From Malacoraja senta (taxonomy: Eukaryota), in NCBI GenBank assembly GCA_038087875.1, contig CM075989.1, positions 6,262,001-6,326,000 on the forward strand: a DNA stretch of 64,000 nt, written 5' to 3'. How positions within the stretch are numbered: position 1 is the stretch's first letter; each line of letters starts with the position of its first letter. Below are positions 27,395 through 39,825 of the stretch, in pieces. A program made the translations under genes and the position numbers. The notes under the pieces are model-generated. The model saw only the letters and a list, made by a program, of their open reading frames with translations, was not told the origin of the DNA and did no database searches.

Positions 27395-28367
27395 TGGGAT
27401 GTTTCCTCCCACATCCCAGAGACATGCAGGTTTGCCAGATAATTGGCATGAAAATTGTTCCTCAGGGGTTGGGGACGGATAAGAAAGTGGGATAACATAG
27501 AAGTATTGCCAAGGGGTGGTCGATGGTTGGGATGAACCCAGTGGGCCAGAGGACCCATTTCCATGCTGCACCTTGCAAGTCATTAACTCTACAGGCGGAA
27601 GGCTTGGAGAAACTTGCGCTAAAATGGAGAGCTGGCAACACTGAAGTGGATGAAATGGTTTATAGTTGAAAATATAAAACATTGTGGCTGCAGTCATTCT
27701 GAAATAGAAACAAGGCATGTTACAGATATCCAGCCGGTCAGGCAGCATCTGCGGAGAGAAAAAGAGTTTCCAATATTCTCTGTTTTTATTAAATGACTCC
27801 GCTCGAGTGTTGGAGTTTGGTATGATATTGATCGTGGCTACAATTAGCTGTTGAACACTGCATTTGTTGTTTGGAAGAGGCTTTATTACAACTTATCAAC
27901 CTGATGGGACAGTGGCAAGGTTTAAAGTAGCCTGACAACGGATTCGAACCAGCTCGAAAACCATTGGCGCTTCACTTTCAAGTCAAGAGTCTTTAAATGT
28001 CATTATTATCGACAATGGAACAATGAAATCCTTAAGGGCCTGTCCCACATGGTCGCGTAATTTGCGTGCCAAGTACACGTAAGTGGGACAGGAGCTTTAC
28101 TTGCAGCAGCATGACTGGCCTGTAAACACAGTGGTCATAGATAACATGATCAACCAAATAAAGACGACAAATCAAAAACACGAATATTAGTGTAAAAAGT
28201 CCACGGTCCTTAGTGCAACCAACACAGTCCATCCGCAGAAACAAACAACTGTAGATGCTGGTTTATACCAAAGATAGACACAAAGTGCTGGAGTAATTCA
28301 GCGGGTCAGGCAGCATCTCTAGAGAAAAGGGATTGGGTAACGTTTTGGACCAGGATCTTCCTTCAGT

Positions 28368-28395
28368 CTGAAGAAGGGTCCCGACCCGAAACGTC
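28368..28395 (+). ncRNA. Minimal hammerhead ribozyme motif (PLE-derived)
   Basis: CTGAAGAAGGGTCCCGACCCGAAACGTC, core boxes intact. Confidence 0.65.
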
Positions 28396-28571
28396 ACCTA
28401 TTCCTTCGCTCCATAGATGCTGCCTCACCCACTCAGTTACTCCAGCACTTTGTGTCCATCAAGACAGTTCACATTTAGGTTTATTATTGTCACATGTACC
28501 GAGGTACCATGAAAAGCTTTGTTTTGCATGCTATGCAACCAGGCCAGATAGACCATACATTGATATAACAT

Positions 28572-28838
28572 GTTTAAGAAAGAACTGCAGATGCTGGAAA
28601 AATCTAAGGTAGACAAAAATGCTGGAGAAACTCAGCGGGTGAGGCAGCATCTATGGAGCGAAGGAATAGGTGACGTTTCGGGTCGAGACCCTTCTTCAGT
28701 TTGAAGGAACAGGTGACATTTCGGGTCGAGACCCTTCTTCTGTCTGAAGAAGGGTCTCGACCCGAAACGTCACCTATTCCTTCGCTCCATAGATGCTGCC
28801 TCACCCGCTGAGTTTCTCCAGCATTTTTGTCTACCTTA
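28572..28838 (-). mobile_element. Fold-back Penelope-derived insert
   Basis: Long inverted arms and the duplication gatataacat (28562-28571 and 28839-28848). Confidence 0.8.
28744..28771 (+). ncRNA. Minimal hammerhead ribozyme motif (PLE-derived)
   Basis: CTGAAGAAGGGTCTCGACCCGAAACGTC, core boxes intact. An antisense copy lies at 28672-28699 in the same insert. Confidence 0.65.
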
Positions 28839-28869
28839 GATATAACATAGTTAGTTAGTGTTTCTAGTG

Positions 28870-29137
28870 TTCAATAGGCTGATGTTTGCTAGGAAGTAGC
28901 TGTTCCTGAACCTGGAGGTCACGGTTTTCAGGCTCCTGTCCCTTCTTTCCGATGGCAGGAGTGAAATGATGGTGTGACCAGGGTGGTGTGGGTTTTTGAT
29001 GATGCTGGCTGCCTATTTGTGGCAGCGACCCCTGTAGATCCCTTCGATGGTGGGGAGGTCAGTATCTGTGATGGACCAGACTGTGTCCACCACTTTTTGT
29101 ATTCTCCTTCCTTCCTGGGCATTCGAGTTGCCGAACC
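28870..29137 (-). mobile_element. Rex1/Babar-type LINE fragment
   Basis: Nucleotide similarity to 2075-2345. Confidence 0.7.
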
Positions 29138-29753
29138 GTTTAATTTTTTTTAAATCAAAAATTGCTGGAAATCTGAATTAATAGCCCAAAACACTGTATC
29201 TATTCAGCAGCTCAGGCAGCTGTGATAGCAACCAGCAGTAACAGTCGAGGATAATCGACCAGTGTCTCCATATTTGTGTAAGGAGGAACTGTGGTTAGAC
29301 CGAAGATAGACACAAAATGCAGGAGTAACTCAGCGGGTCAGACAGCATCTCTAGAGGAAAGGAATAGGTGACGTTTCTGATCGAGACCCTTCACACCCAT
29401 CAGACCAATGCTGCCTGACCCGCTGAGTTTCTCCTGCATTTAGTGTCTCTATATTCCTCTGTTTTAGCGTCTACTGTAGATGTTTAAGTTCCGCTTTGGA
29501 ATCGAGTCCTGGGAGTTACAAGGTGACTATTACCCATTCACTCCTGGCTGGAACTCCTCACACAGACCGTTTGCTGAGAAGCACTGTGGAATATTATTTA
29601 AACAGCATTTTATGTTAAAATTGGGGGTGAATCATCGCAATTAAAGTCACGAGGGCCAGCATTGCATGACACAAGTATTCTTTCCAAAATCAGGGGGTTT
29701 AGTTTACAAAGAGGCAATTCTTTTTTGGTAACATTTTTCTTTGAGGGTATCTC

Positions 29754-29790
<37 letters not shown>

Positions 29791-30166
29791 GAAGGCCGTG
29801 GGGGCAAGTCAATGCATATTTTTTAAGGCAGAGATTGACAGATTAGTACAGGTGTCTGGGGTTATGGGGAGAAGGCGGGAGAATGGGTTTGAGAGGGAAA
29901 GATAGATCAGCCAAGATTGAATGGCGGAGTGGACTTGATGGGCCGAATGGCCTAATTCTGTTCCTATGTGAACTGATGAATTTAGCGAAGTATTTTGCTC
30001 TCTCCTTCTTTGGGGCTTTCCTCCTTAGATCTCAATCTGTGGGCGCTCCACCAACTTTTATTTGCAGTTTTCTGTTTTACTTTCTCGTTGGCTGTGTTTC
30101 TGTTTCTCTCGCTGTAGAAATAATCTGGCTGTTTCACAGAGAGGCTGGATATGTTCTACGTTTCTG

Positions 30167-30491
30167 GCTCCCTCCCTCTCCCTCATTCCCCCCTTCCCTC
30201 CCTCCCTCTCTCTCGCACTCCCTCTCCCTTCCTCCCCCTCTCTCTCTCCCCTCCCTCTCTCCCCTTCTCACTCTCTCCCCCCTCCCTCTCTCCCCTTCCC
30301 TCTCTCCCCTTCTCACTCTCTCCCCCCTCCCTCTCTCCCCTTCCCTCTCTCCCCCTCCCTCTCTCTCCCTCCCTCTCTCCCCCCTCCCTCCATCCCTCTC
30401 CCCCTCCCTCTCTTTCCCCCCTCTCTTTCCCCTCCCTCTCTCTCCCCTCTCTCCCCTCCCTCCCCCTCCCTCTCCCCCCCCCCCCCCCCCC
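30167..30491. repeat. C/T polypyrimidine tract ending in a poly-C run
   Basis: Directly visible, about 230 bp upstream of exon 2. Confidence 0.9.
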
Positions 30492-30720
30492 GGCCTGGCG
30501 GTGGTTCAGTGCCGGCAGTGAGTGCTGTGATTCAGGGTGGAGCGAGCATCGTGACTCCCCCTCTGCCCCATTCGCCCAGCGAGGAGGAAGGAGGGAGCTT
30601 TCCCCGAGACACATGATTGATGGAGCTGCGGACTTGTCGGCGGTTTCTTTCTCCTTGGCGTGTGTGGTTCTGATCTTTTTTTATTTTTATTCCCCCCCCC
30701 CCCCTACATCTCTCACTCAG

Positions 30721-30854
30721 GGTGAGCAGAGTCGGAGACTTGGCTTTGTGTGCGACCCCAGGCTGGGCTGGATGGATGGGAATGGGGAGAAGGGACGACC
30801 CATCCGGCCACCGAATCCTGCAGATCCTCACCATCGTCCTCTGCCTCCCAGCAG
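30721..30854 (+). CDS. RGMA: RGMA coding exon 2 (signal-peptide region ...AGWMGMGRR...ILTIVLCLPA)
   Basis: Polypyrimidine tract plus CAG ending at 30720 and donor GTAAAA at 30855. It carries the RGM-typical WMGMGR motif followed by a hydrophobic stretch. The phase-1 end matches exon 3. Confidence 0.88.
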
Positions 30855-32094
30855 GTAAAACAAAAACCAAGCAAAGACATTCATTCCATCGCACAAAGAA
30901 AAGTTGGAAAGTCAGTGACTAGTTTTGCTCTCTGTCTCTGAGTTGGAGTTGCGTGGGTTGAAGTGCGGAGCGTTTGGATGTAGCAAAACAACATTGAGCC
31001 AGCTTACTTACTTACTGGAGCCCAGCTCACTCACAGCGTTATATAGCAATGGCATTTGCAACTTGTTTGTCTGATCAATTCTCTCCCTTAAAGTAGACGT
31101 CAAGTCACACTCACGGGAACAGTGTGGAAAACAGGGGAAGGGGGGGGGAGAGAAGAAAAAGTTTTAGAAAGTTTTTGTATTTGAAAGTTCTGCTGCGGTG
31201 GGATAAGTTTGTCTTTAAGACTTTGAGTTTGTTGGGGGAACTTTTTGTCCTGTGATCGAGACGAGAGACGAGAAGAAACCAAGCCCAGAGCGTTGGACTT
31301 TGAGTAAACTGGCGATGTATTTGTACAAGTCTTTCTCCCCATTTCATGTGTGAACTTAAAATGCCTCTCTTTGTTTTTTTTAAGACGTTGAGTACAAATG
31401 AGCCAGCCTGCTGTTGTTGTTGTTCTCGCCTTTTGCCCAACCAAGTGCTTTGAGGGTCTTACAAAGATCCCCCGCAGAATCGGTCTGTTTTCATTGGGGG
31501 GATGGGCGGCGCTTGGCAACTTAAGCACAACTTTTTTTTTACCACTTTGTGAAACACTTCTTGAAAATAAAATCTGGCGCAATCTGTTAAGGAACAAAAA
31601 TACTTTGTGCATACATATTGTTCTCCCGTGTTTGACTTGCATTTGCAACGCAGTACAAACCCTTCACTGCAGTTTAACCCTAATCTTGATCCATTTTTGG
31701 AGAATATCTACACCTCCTTGATTTAATCACTTAAAGAGTCAAAATGCAGTAACAATCTTTAATTGTGCCAAACACCCATAGGATTTACATAAACAGGTAT
31801 CTGACTAATTAGTCTTTAGGTTGGCGGAGAGAGACTTTGTCGTGTTTCATCAACTCTCTTCCCAGAAGCATAAAAATCAAAAATAACACATCGTCGTTTT
31901 GCAAATCTGCTTGCACAGAACAAAACCAATCCTCCCACGAACTGTTTCCCAATAAACCAGTTTAATTGCAGATTCCATTTGGCAATAAGCACTGGAGTGG
32001 ATAAACATATTGATTACACTGCACGTTTGATTGAGATTAAGCCTGATATAGGAAACGCGATGGTAACGAGTGAGATTAGGATTGAGGATCAATG

Positions 32095-32515
32095 TTGTGT
32101 GTCTCTGTGTGTGTGTCTCTCTGTGTGTGTGTCTCTCTGTGTGTGTGTCTGTGTCTCTGTGTGTGTGTCTGTGTCTCTGTGTGTGTGTCTGTGTCTCTGT
32201 GTGTGTGTCTCTGTCTCTGTGTGTGTGTCTCTGTCTCTGTGTGTGTGTCTCTGTCTCTGTGTGTGTGTCTCTGTCTCTGTGTGTGTGTCTCTGTCTCTGT
32301 GTGTGTGTCTCTGTCTCTGTGTGTGTGTCTCTGTCTCTGTGTGTGTGTCTGTGCGAGCGCCTCTGTGTGACTGTTTGTGTCTGTGTGTCTCTGTTTGTGA
32401 GTGTGTGCCTCTCTGTGTGTCTCTGGGTGTGCGATCCTCTATGTGTCTCTGTATGTGTCTGTGTGTCTCTGTTTTGTGACTGTCTATGTGTGTGTGTGTC
32501 TGTATGCGTGTGAGA
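32095..32515. repeat. Compound GT/CT microsatellite with 20-bp unit gtgtgtgtctctgtctctgt
   Basis: Directly visible. Confidence 0.95.
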
Positions 32516-32746
32516 GAGTACTGGCAATATATTTCTGAATACCTTAATTGTGTTTATTCACAGTTCTGACCTTTTTTCGTTTTTAAATTCATGCTTATTT
32601 TCCTTGTCAGACCCCCCCCCCCTCCCCTCCTCCCCTCCTCCCCCTCCCCCTCCTTTCATGCCCTTTCTTTCTCTTGAAGTCCCTTCTGAGTTACCTATGT
32701 GGGAAAATCGAGCTGAGCTCCATTGAAGGCATTGTAATGCAAATTA

Positions 32747-34363
32747 CAGTGCCCTCCATACTGTTTGGGCCAAAGACCCATCATTTATTTATTTGCCTCT
32801 GTGCTCCACAATTTGAGATTTGTAATAGAAAAAAATCGCATGTGGTTAAAGTGCACATTGTCAGATTTTAATAAAGGCTATTTTTATACATTTTGGTTTC
32901 ACCATGTAGAAATTACAGCAGTGTTTATACATAGTCCCCCCATTTCAGGGCAAAATAATGTTTGGGACACAGCAATGTCATGTAAATTAAAGTAGTCATG
33001 TTTAGTATTTTATTGCATATCCTTTGCATGCAATGACTGCTTGAAGTCCGCGATTCATGGACATCACCAGTTGCTGGGTGTCTTCTCTGGTGATGCTCTG
33101 CCAGGCCTGTATTGCAGCCATCTTTAGCTTATGCTTGTTTTGGGGGGTAGTCCCCTTCAGTTTTCTCTTCAGCGTATAAAAGTCATGCTCGATTGGGTTC
33201 AGATCGGGTGATTGACTTGGCCACTCAAGAATTGACCATTTTTTAGCTTGGAAAAACTCCTTTGTTGCTTTAGCAGTATGTTTGGGATCATTGTCTTGCT
33301 GTAGAATGAACCGTCGGCCAATGAGTTTTGGGGCATTTGTTTGAACTTGAGCAGATAGGATGTGTCTATATTATGCTACTACCATCAGCAGTTGTATCAT
33401 CAATGAAGATAAGTGAGCCAGTACCTTCAGCAGCCATACATGCCCAGGCCATAACACCCCCACCACCGTGTTTCACAGATGAGGTGGTAGGCTTTGGATC
33501 TTGGGCAGTTCCTTCTCTCCTTCATACTTTGCTCTTGCCATCACTCTGATATAAGTTAATCTACATCTCATCTGTCCACAAGACCTTTTTCCAGAACTGT
33601 GGTTGCTCTTTTAAGTACTTCTTGGCAAACTGTAACCTGGCCATCCTATTTTTGCAGCTAACCAATAGTTTGCATCTTGCAGTGTAGCCTCTGTATTTCT
33701 GTTCATGAAGTCTTCTGCGGACAGTGGTCATTGACAAATCCACACCTGACTCCTGAAGAGTGTTTCTGATCTGTCGGACAGGTGTTTGGGGATTTTTCTT
33801 TATTTTGGAGAGAATTCTTCTGTCATCAGCTGTGGAGGTCTTCCTTGGCCTGCCAGTCCCTTTGCGATTAGGAAGCTCACCAGTGCTCTCTTTCTTCTTC
33901 ATGATGTTCCAAACAGTTGATTTTGGTAAACCTAAGGTTTGGCTGATGTCTCTAACAGTTTTATTCTTGTTTCTCAGTCTCATAATGGCTTCTTTGACTT
34001 TCATTGGCACAACTTTGGTCCTCATGTTGATAAACAGCAATAAAAGTTTCCAAAGATGGAAAGACTGGATGAAAGACTAGGTGTTGAGAGCTCTCTTATA
34101 CCTGCATTAAGGAGGCAATTAAACACACCTGTGAAGCCATGTGTCCCAAACATTATGGTGCCCTGAAATGGGGGACTATGTATAAACACAGCTGTAATTT
34201 CTACATGGTGAAACCAAAATGTATAAAAATGGCCTTTATTAAAATCTGACAATGTGCACTTTAACCACATGTGATTTTTTTCTATTACAAATCTCAAATT
34301 GTGGAGTACAGAGGCAAATAAATAAATGATAGGTCTTTGTCCCAGACATTATGGAGGGCACTG
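32747..34363 (-). mobile_element. Full-length Tc1-like DNA transposon (1617 bp) with long terminal inverted repeats
   Basis: TA target duplication at 32745-32746 and 34364-34365. Terminal inverted repeats of about 220 bp begin CAGTGCCCTCCATA. Internal transposase remnant. Confidence 0.96.
33002..34025 (-). pseudogene. Disabled Tc1 transposase (DD34E)
   Basis: HTH region, GRPRKT, WTDE, VKHGGG, QQDNDPKH, WPSQSPDLNPIE with 34 residues between the second D and E, ending GYAIKY*. Premature stops at 33561-33563 and about 33523, and a frameshifting deletion near 33371. Confidence 0.93.
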
Positions 34364-34919
34364 TAGATGATCAGCCCAGTCCATATTGCCTATTCTTTCT
34401 GTGTCAAATGGAAGGTAGTGACTTATTTGCATGTTATTATAAATATTTATTTCGAACAGTTAGTTTAATATTGTGCTCAGTGTATAGAGCAAGCTATTTT
34501 AAAGTCACAAGCCCCAGTCTCTGATTGAAACAAGTTATTTTTATATAAGATCCGTGGTGATATATACCTTTTTAAATGTGCATCTTTTCATTGAAGCAAG
34601 ATTGCAATTGTTCATTCAGTGAAAGCTGCTTTAGAATCGAATGGACGCTGTTTCGAAAGCAACTTGCATTCTTTGATTTTTAAATATGCAGTGTAATTGT
34701 ATAATGTGCAGGAAGGAATTGCAGAAGCTGGTTTACACCGAAGATAGACACAAAATGCTGGAGTAACTCAGCGGGACAGGCAGCATCTCTGGGTAGAAGG
34801 AATGGGTGACTTTTCAGGTTGAGACCCTTGTTCAGACTGAGAGTCAGGGGGGAGAGAGAGACACGGAGATAAGGAAGTGTGAGGTGTGAAAACAAGACAT
34901 CAAAGGGGATGTGGCTCAG

Positions 34920-35082
34920 GACATGTCGCGGGGTGACGCCTGTATGGTCGTGAGTAGTCGCTCAAAGAGTCCGACCTTGTTCTGGTCGCCACTGGATTTT
35001 CAACATCTTGAAAATTTTCGGAGACCTGCTGTGACTATGACGGGTAAGTGGCCGAAAACATCGCGCAAGTGGGACAGACCCT
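34920..35082. mobile_element. Truncated Harbinger-like MITE (one TIR), related to 11287-11605
   Basis: Ends aagtgggacagaccct and shares the ctggtcgcc and ttgaaaatt motifs with the 11.3-kb copy. Confidence 0.6.
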
Positions 35083-38000
35083 TGACCCTTAATTGTTTCA
35101 TTCGATTGCCCTTCCTGTGGGACAAAGACCAGTGTCCCATCTTTTACTCCTAATCCATGCCAATACAAGGAGATGATCTAAACTCCACAGTTGATGCCTC
35201 TGGGATGGTAAGGTGAGCATAGTGGCGATCTACTCAGGGCAGTGTTTTTCAAGATAGACACAAAGTGCTGGAGTAACTCAGTGGGTCAGGCAGCATCTCT
35301 GGAGAAAAAGGCTGGCTGACGTTACCTGGACTCACTTTTAGTTTGATGATGAAGGGACCCAACCTGAAACATCACCCATTCTTTTATTGCAGAGATGCTG
35401 CCTGACCCGCTGAATTACTCCAGCACTTTGTGTCTATCTTTGGTATAAATCAGCATCTGCAGTTCCTTTCTACGCACAGTGTTAAGACTGACAGGATTTA
35501 GACTAAAACGCACAAAATGCTGGAATAACTCAGCGGATCAGCAGCATCTCTGGAAGACGTGGATAGGCAACGTTTTGGGTTGGGGCCTTTCTTCAGATTC
35601 TGAAACATCAATTGTCCATGTCCTCCAGAGATGCTGCCTGACCCACTGAGTTATTTTTGTGTTTTAGTTCAAGATGCTCCTGATTCCAGCAACTGCAGTT
35701 CCTTGTGTCCAGAAGACCATAACACATCGGAGCAGAATTAGGCCATTCAGCCCATTCGAGTCTGCTCCTGTAGGATTTAGTGTAGAAAGGAACTGCAGAT
35801 ACTAGTTTCTACCGAAGATAGACACAAAGTGCTGGAGTAACTCAGCGGGTCAGACAGCATCTCTGGCGAAAAAGGATGGGTGATGTTTAGGGTCGGGACT
35901 CTTCAGAGGCACTTTCAGTCTGAAGAAGGGCCCCAGCCCGAAATGCCACCCATCCTTTGTCTCCAGAGATGCTGCCTGACCCTTTGAGTTACTCCAGCAC
36001 TTTGTGGCTATCCTCTAGGATTTAGGCTACGTTGTATGGCCATTGCAGCCAAATAGCCGCACTCACCATCCAAGCTCTACATTTGAACAAGATGCAAGAA
36101 TGCACTTGTTCTCCATGGAACAGGACTCTGTGAGAGGCAGTGGTTCGGGGAAGGGACAATAATTGGGAAAAGAACTGCCAAAGTAAATTCAGGATAGTCC
36201 TCAATTTCTGAAACGTGACTCTCTGTAAAGATATTGGGCTGGGATCAAGGTGATTCACACCAAATTGTGCACTTCACTGGTGAGTTAAATTAATCATTTA
36301 CTTAGTTTAATAGCGTATCTACTCAAAGATTTGTATCATATTAAAGATAACTGCAATTAAACAAGCATCAGTTGGTTTTATAATTCTGACTAACCGATCT
36401 AATTTAAGAAATTAATTATGAAGCAATTATCTACACACTGTGTCTCAGTGTATATCATTATTAAATTAAGAAATGGTAACCCGTGCACTGAGAGATTTAT
36501 AGCAGACACAAGGAACTGCAGATGCTGGAATATTGAGCAAAAAAAGACACAAGTGCTGGAGTAACTCAGCAGATGAGGCAGCAGAGTGCTGGAGTAACTC
36601 AGCAGGTCAGGCTGCATCCATTCCGTGGAGAACATGGATAAGGGGAAGTTTCGGGTCGGTGCCCTTCTTCAGACTGCAGGGTCCCGACCCGAATAGTCAC
36701 CCATCCTTTTTCTCCACAGACGCTGACTGACCTGCTGGGTTACTCCAGCACTTTGTGTCTATCTGTTAGGATTTCGGCTAGGGTTGTATAGATGAGATTT
36801 ATAGCTCGTGCCTGAAACCAAGAACAACAAAGTACGTCGGTGTTTCAGCAGCTGGTTGCCGTGTTTGCCCCAGTGCATTTTTTTGGAGTGGAGTTACAGC
36901 TGCCGTGTGAGGTGCAATACAGGGCAGCACAGCCCCAACCCTGGCTGTGGGACTATAATTGCAGGGGGAGGTGGGTACATCTGCCTGGGCTCCCAATCCA
37001 TTTTGTCTGCCCCATCCCACACTGGGAGGTGATTGAATGACACGGGCGAAAAGCAGAGGGGATTTGCCTTGGCTATGTTGGCCTCCATGGGTCAAAGATA
37101 CCGTCACCGCTCGCAGTGCCAGCAGTTCTTTAGGGCAGTATCCAATGGACAGTGCCTCAGTAAAAGGCATTGCATTCAATGCAAGAGCGTTGGAACTGAC
37201 AGGAAAAGCTATATTACAAGCAACGTCCGTCATCTCTCATAGAGTCGTGCAGTGTGGAAACAGGCCCTTCAGTCCAATTTGTCCATAGCAACCAAGGTGC
37301 CCCCATCTGCACTAGTCCCACCTGCCTGCGTTTGGCCCATATCCCTCTCAACTTACCCTGTCCATGTACCTGGATAGGTGATGTTTCGGGTCAGGATCTT
37401 TCTTCAGACTGATCATAGAAGATGATGGGTGGGGGGGTGGGGGGGGAAGACCCAGAGAAGAGATGGGGTGGGACAAAGCAAGTGATAGGTGGATTCAGGG
37501 GAGGGTATAGATTGGCAGGTGGATGCAGTAAGTGCCAAAGGCTAGAGGTGAACAGGAAGCAAGGAGTCTTGGATAAAGAGAGGAGAGGATATAGGTGGAA
37601 GGGGTTCAGGTTGTGTGGGGGAGGGGAGGAGGATGGGCTCATGGGAGAACTGATGGAGGGGCAGAGAAGGGGAGAAAAAAGAGTGGTGGGGGTTACTTAA
37701 AATTGAAGAACAGCGTTCATTCCTAAGATAGACACAAAGAGCTGGTGTAACTCAGCGGGACAGGCAGCATCGCGTTGGGTTGTACGCTACCCAATTGGAA
37801 TATGAGTTGCTTTTCCTCTAGTTTGTGTGTGGCCTTTCTCTGGCAATGGAGGAGGCCCCAGGCAGAAAGGTCAGGAAGAGGATGGAAAGGGAGTCAAAAG
37901 GTTGAGCAATACTTTGGCTGTTTTATGCCATGTATCATTGCTGGTCCCGATGGCCCAATGGGTTGTGACCTGGTGTGTCAGTTGCATGTGTTTTCCAGTC

Positions 38001-38851
38001 TAAATTGGCACAGACATGGTGGGCCGAAGGGCCTGTTCCTGTGCTGTACTATTCTAAGTTCTATTTTCACGCTGTTGAGCAAACAGTGAGGTCGATTAGC
38101 GTGGGTGTCAGGGGTTATGGGGAGAAGGGGGGGGGGAGTGGGGTTGAGAGGGAAAGATAGATCAGCCATGAATGAATGGTGGAGTACACGTGGGTAGACA
38201 CAAAAAGCTGGAGCGGATCAGGCAGAGAAGGAAAATGGGCGACGTTTACAGGTCGAGACCCTTCTTCAGACTAGTGTATACTTGATGGGCCGAATGGCCG
38301 AATTCTGCTCCTGGTACCTACGACCTTGCCTCAGAGTGATAGGGGTGTGAGTTAGATTCACTCTGGAGATGAAACTGCAGAAATCTAGGCTGGAACTCCA
38401 GTGTTGAGAGGGGCAAGGTTTAAAGGAGATGTGCGGGGCAGGTTTTATTTACACAGAGGGTGGTGAGTGCCTGGGACGTGCTGCCGGGGGGTGGTGGTCG
38501 AAGCAGATACGACAGTGGCATTTAAAATACTTTTGGATAGGTATATGGATAAGGAGGGAAATGGGTTATGTGTAGGTAGATAAGTGATGGGCTCGGCATC
38601 ACGTTGAGCATAGACATTGTGGGATGAAGGGCCTGTTGTTGTACTCTACCATTCTATGTACCAGGAGAAGGATGCACGGTTAGAGGTGCAGTCTTTTGGA
38701 TGAGCTGAAACTGGAATATCTGGGGTATTATGGACTTTTTGCCTGCGCTCATTACTACTGCACTTGTCTGGGTTTAGGTTTGTTATCGTCATGTGTACTG
38801 AGGTACAGTGAAAAGGTTTGTTGCATGCTATCCAAACAGGTCAGATAATCC

Positions 38852-39251
38852 ACTGATCTCCCGGTGGCTCAGCACTTCAACTCCCCCTCCCATTCCGAAT
38901 CCGACCTTTCTGTCCTGGGCCTCCTCCACGGCCAGAGTGAGGACCACCGGAGATTGGAGGAGCAGCACCTCATATTCCGCTTGGGCAGTTTGTACCCCAG
39001 CGGTATGAACATTGACTTCTCTATTTTCATGTAGTCCCTACTATCTCCTCCCCTTCTCAGCTCTCCCTCAGCCCTCTGGCTCTTCCTCTACCTTTCTTCT
39101 TCCCACCCCCACCCTCACATCAGTCTGAAGAAGGGTCTCGACCCGAAACGTTGCCTATTTCCTTCGCTCCATAGATGCTGCTGCACCCGCTGAGTTTCTC
39201 CAGCATTTTTGTCTACCTTCGATTTTCCAGCATCTGCAGTTCCTTCTTAAA
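38852..39251 (+). mobile_element. Penelope-like retroelement 3' fragment (GIY-YIG endonuclease C-terminus, 3' UTR and hammerhead motif)
   Basis: Translates DLPVAQHFNSPSHSESDLSVLGLLHGQSEDHRRLEEQHLIFRLGSLYPSGMNIDFS, typical of PLE endonuclease C-termini. Flanked by the duplication cagataatcc (38842-38851 and 39252-39261). Confidence 0.85.
39125..39152 (+). ncRNA. Minimal hammerhead ribozyme motif in Penelope-like 3' end
   Basis: CTGAAGA-A-GGGTCtcGACCC-GAAA-CG-TT corresponds to the CUGANGA box, stem II, the GAAA box, a palindromic ACGU in place of stem III, and the UH site. Confidence 0.7.
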
Positions 39252-39261
39252 CAGATAATCC

Positions 39262-39825
39262 TTTACACTCATACAATCAAAGAAAACTCGAGTGCAATAG
39301 GTAGAGCAAAGGCAAAAATGCAGAGTGCAGAATATGGTTCTCAGCATTGTAACGCATCCGTTCCACAGACAAAGTCCAATGTCCGCAGTGGGTCAGAGGT
39401 GAGTTGGACAGTCCCCCACCTTACGCAAGGACTGTTCAGAATGCTGATGATAGCAGGGAAGAAGCTGTCCCTGAGTCTGGTGGTGTGGGCTATCAAGCTT
39501 CTGTGCCTTCTGTCGGATGGCAGCAGGGAGAAGCAGGAATGGCCGGGGTGGGACAAGTCTTTGACTATGTTGGCTGCTTTTCTGATGGAGTCGATGGTGG
39601 GGAGTCTGGTCTGGGTGATGGACTGGGCTCCATCTACAACTCTGCAATGTCCGGTGGTTTTGGCCAGAGCTGTTCTCAAACCAAGCTGAGGTGCAACCCA
39701 ACAGTAGGCTTTCTATGGTGCATCTGTAGATGTTTGTACGGGTCATTGGAGACATGCCCAGTTTTCTCAGTCTCCTGAGTGAGTAGAGGCGTTGGCGTGC
39801 CTTGTTGGCTGCCGTAGCAACGTGG
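39262..39825 (-). mobile_element. Rex1/Babar-type LINE 3' fragment (degenerate)
   Basis: KARQRLYSLRRLRK...ESLLLGC and SHPGHSCFSLLPS...RLRDSFFP occur in shifted frames. Confidence 0.8.

Noticed and set aside
29883..30858. Long Pro/Ser/Leu and Arg/Glu/Gly ORFs
   Set aside because: Translations of the C/T tract. Only 30721-30854 is exonic.
31877..32527. Cys/Val- and Thr/His-rich ORFs
   Set aside because: Microsatellite translations.
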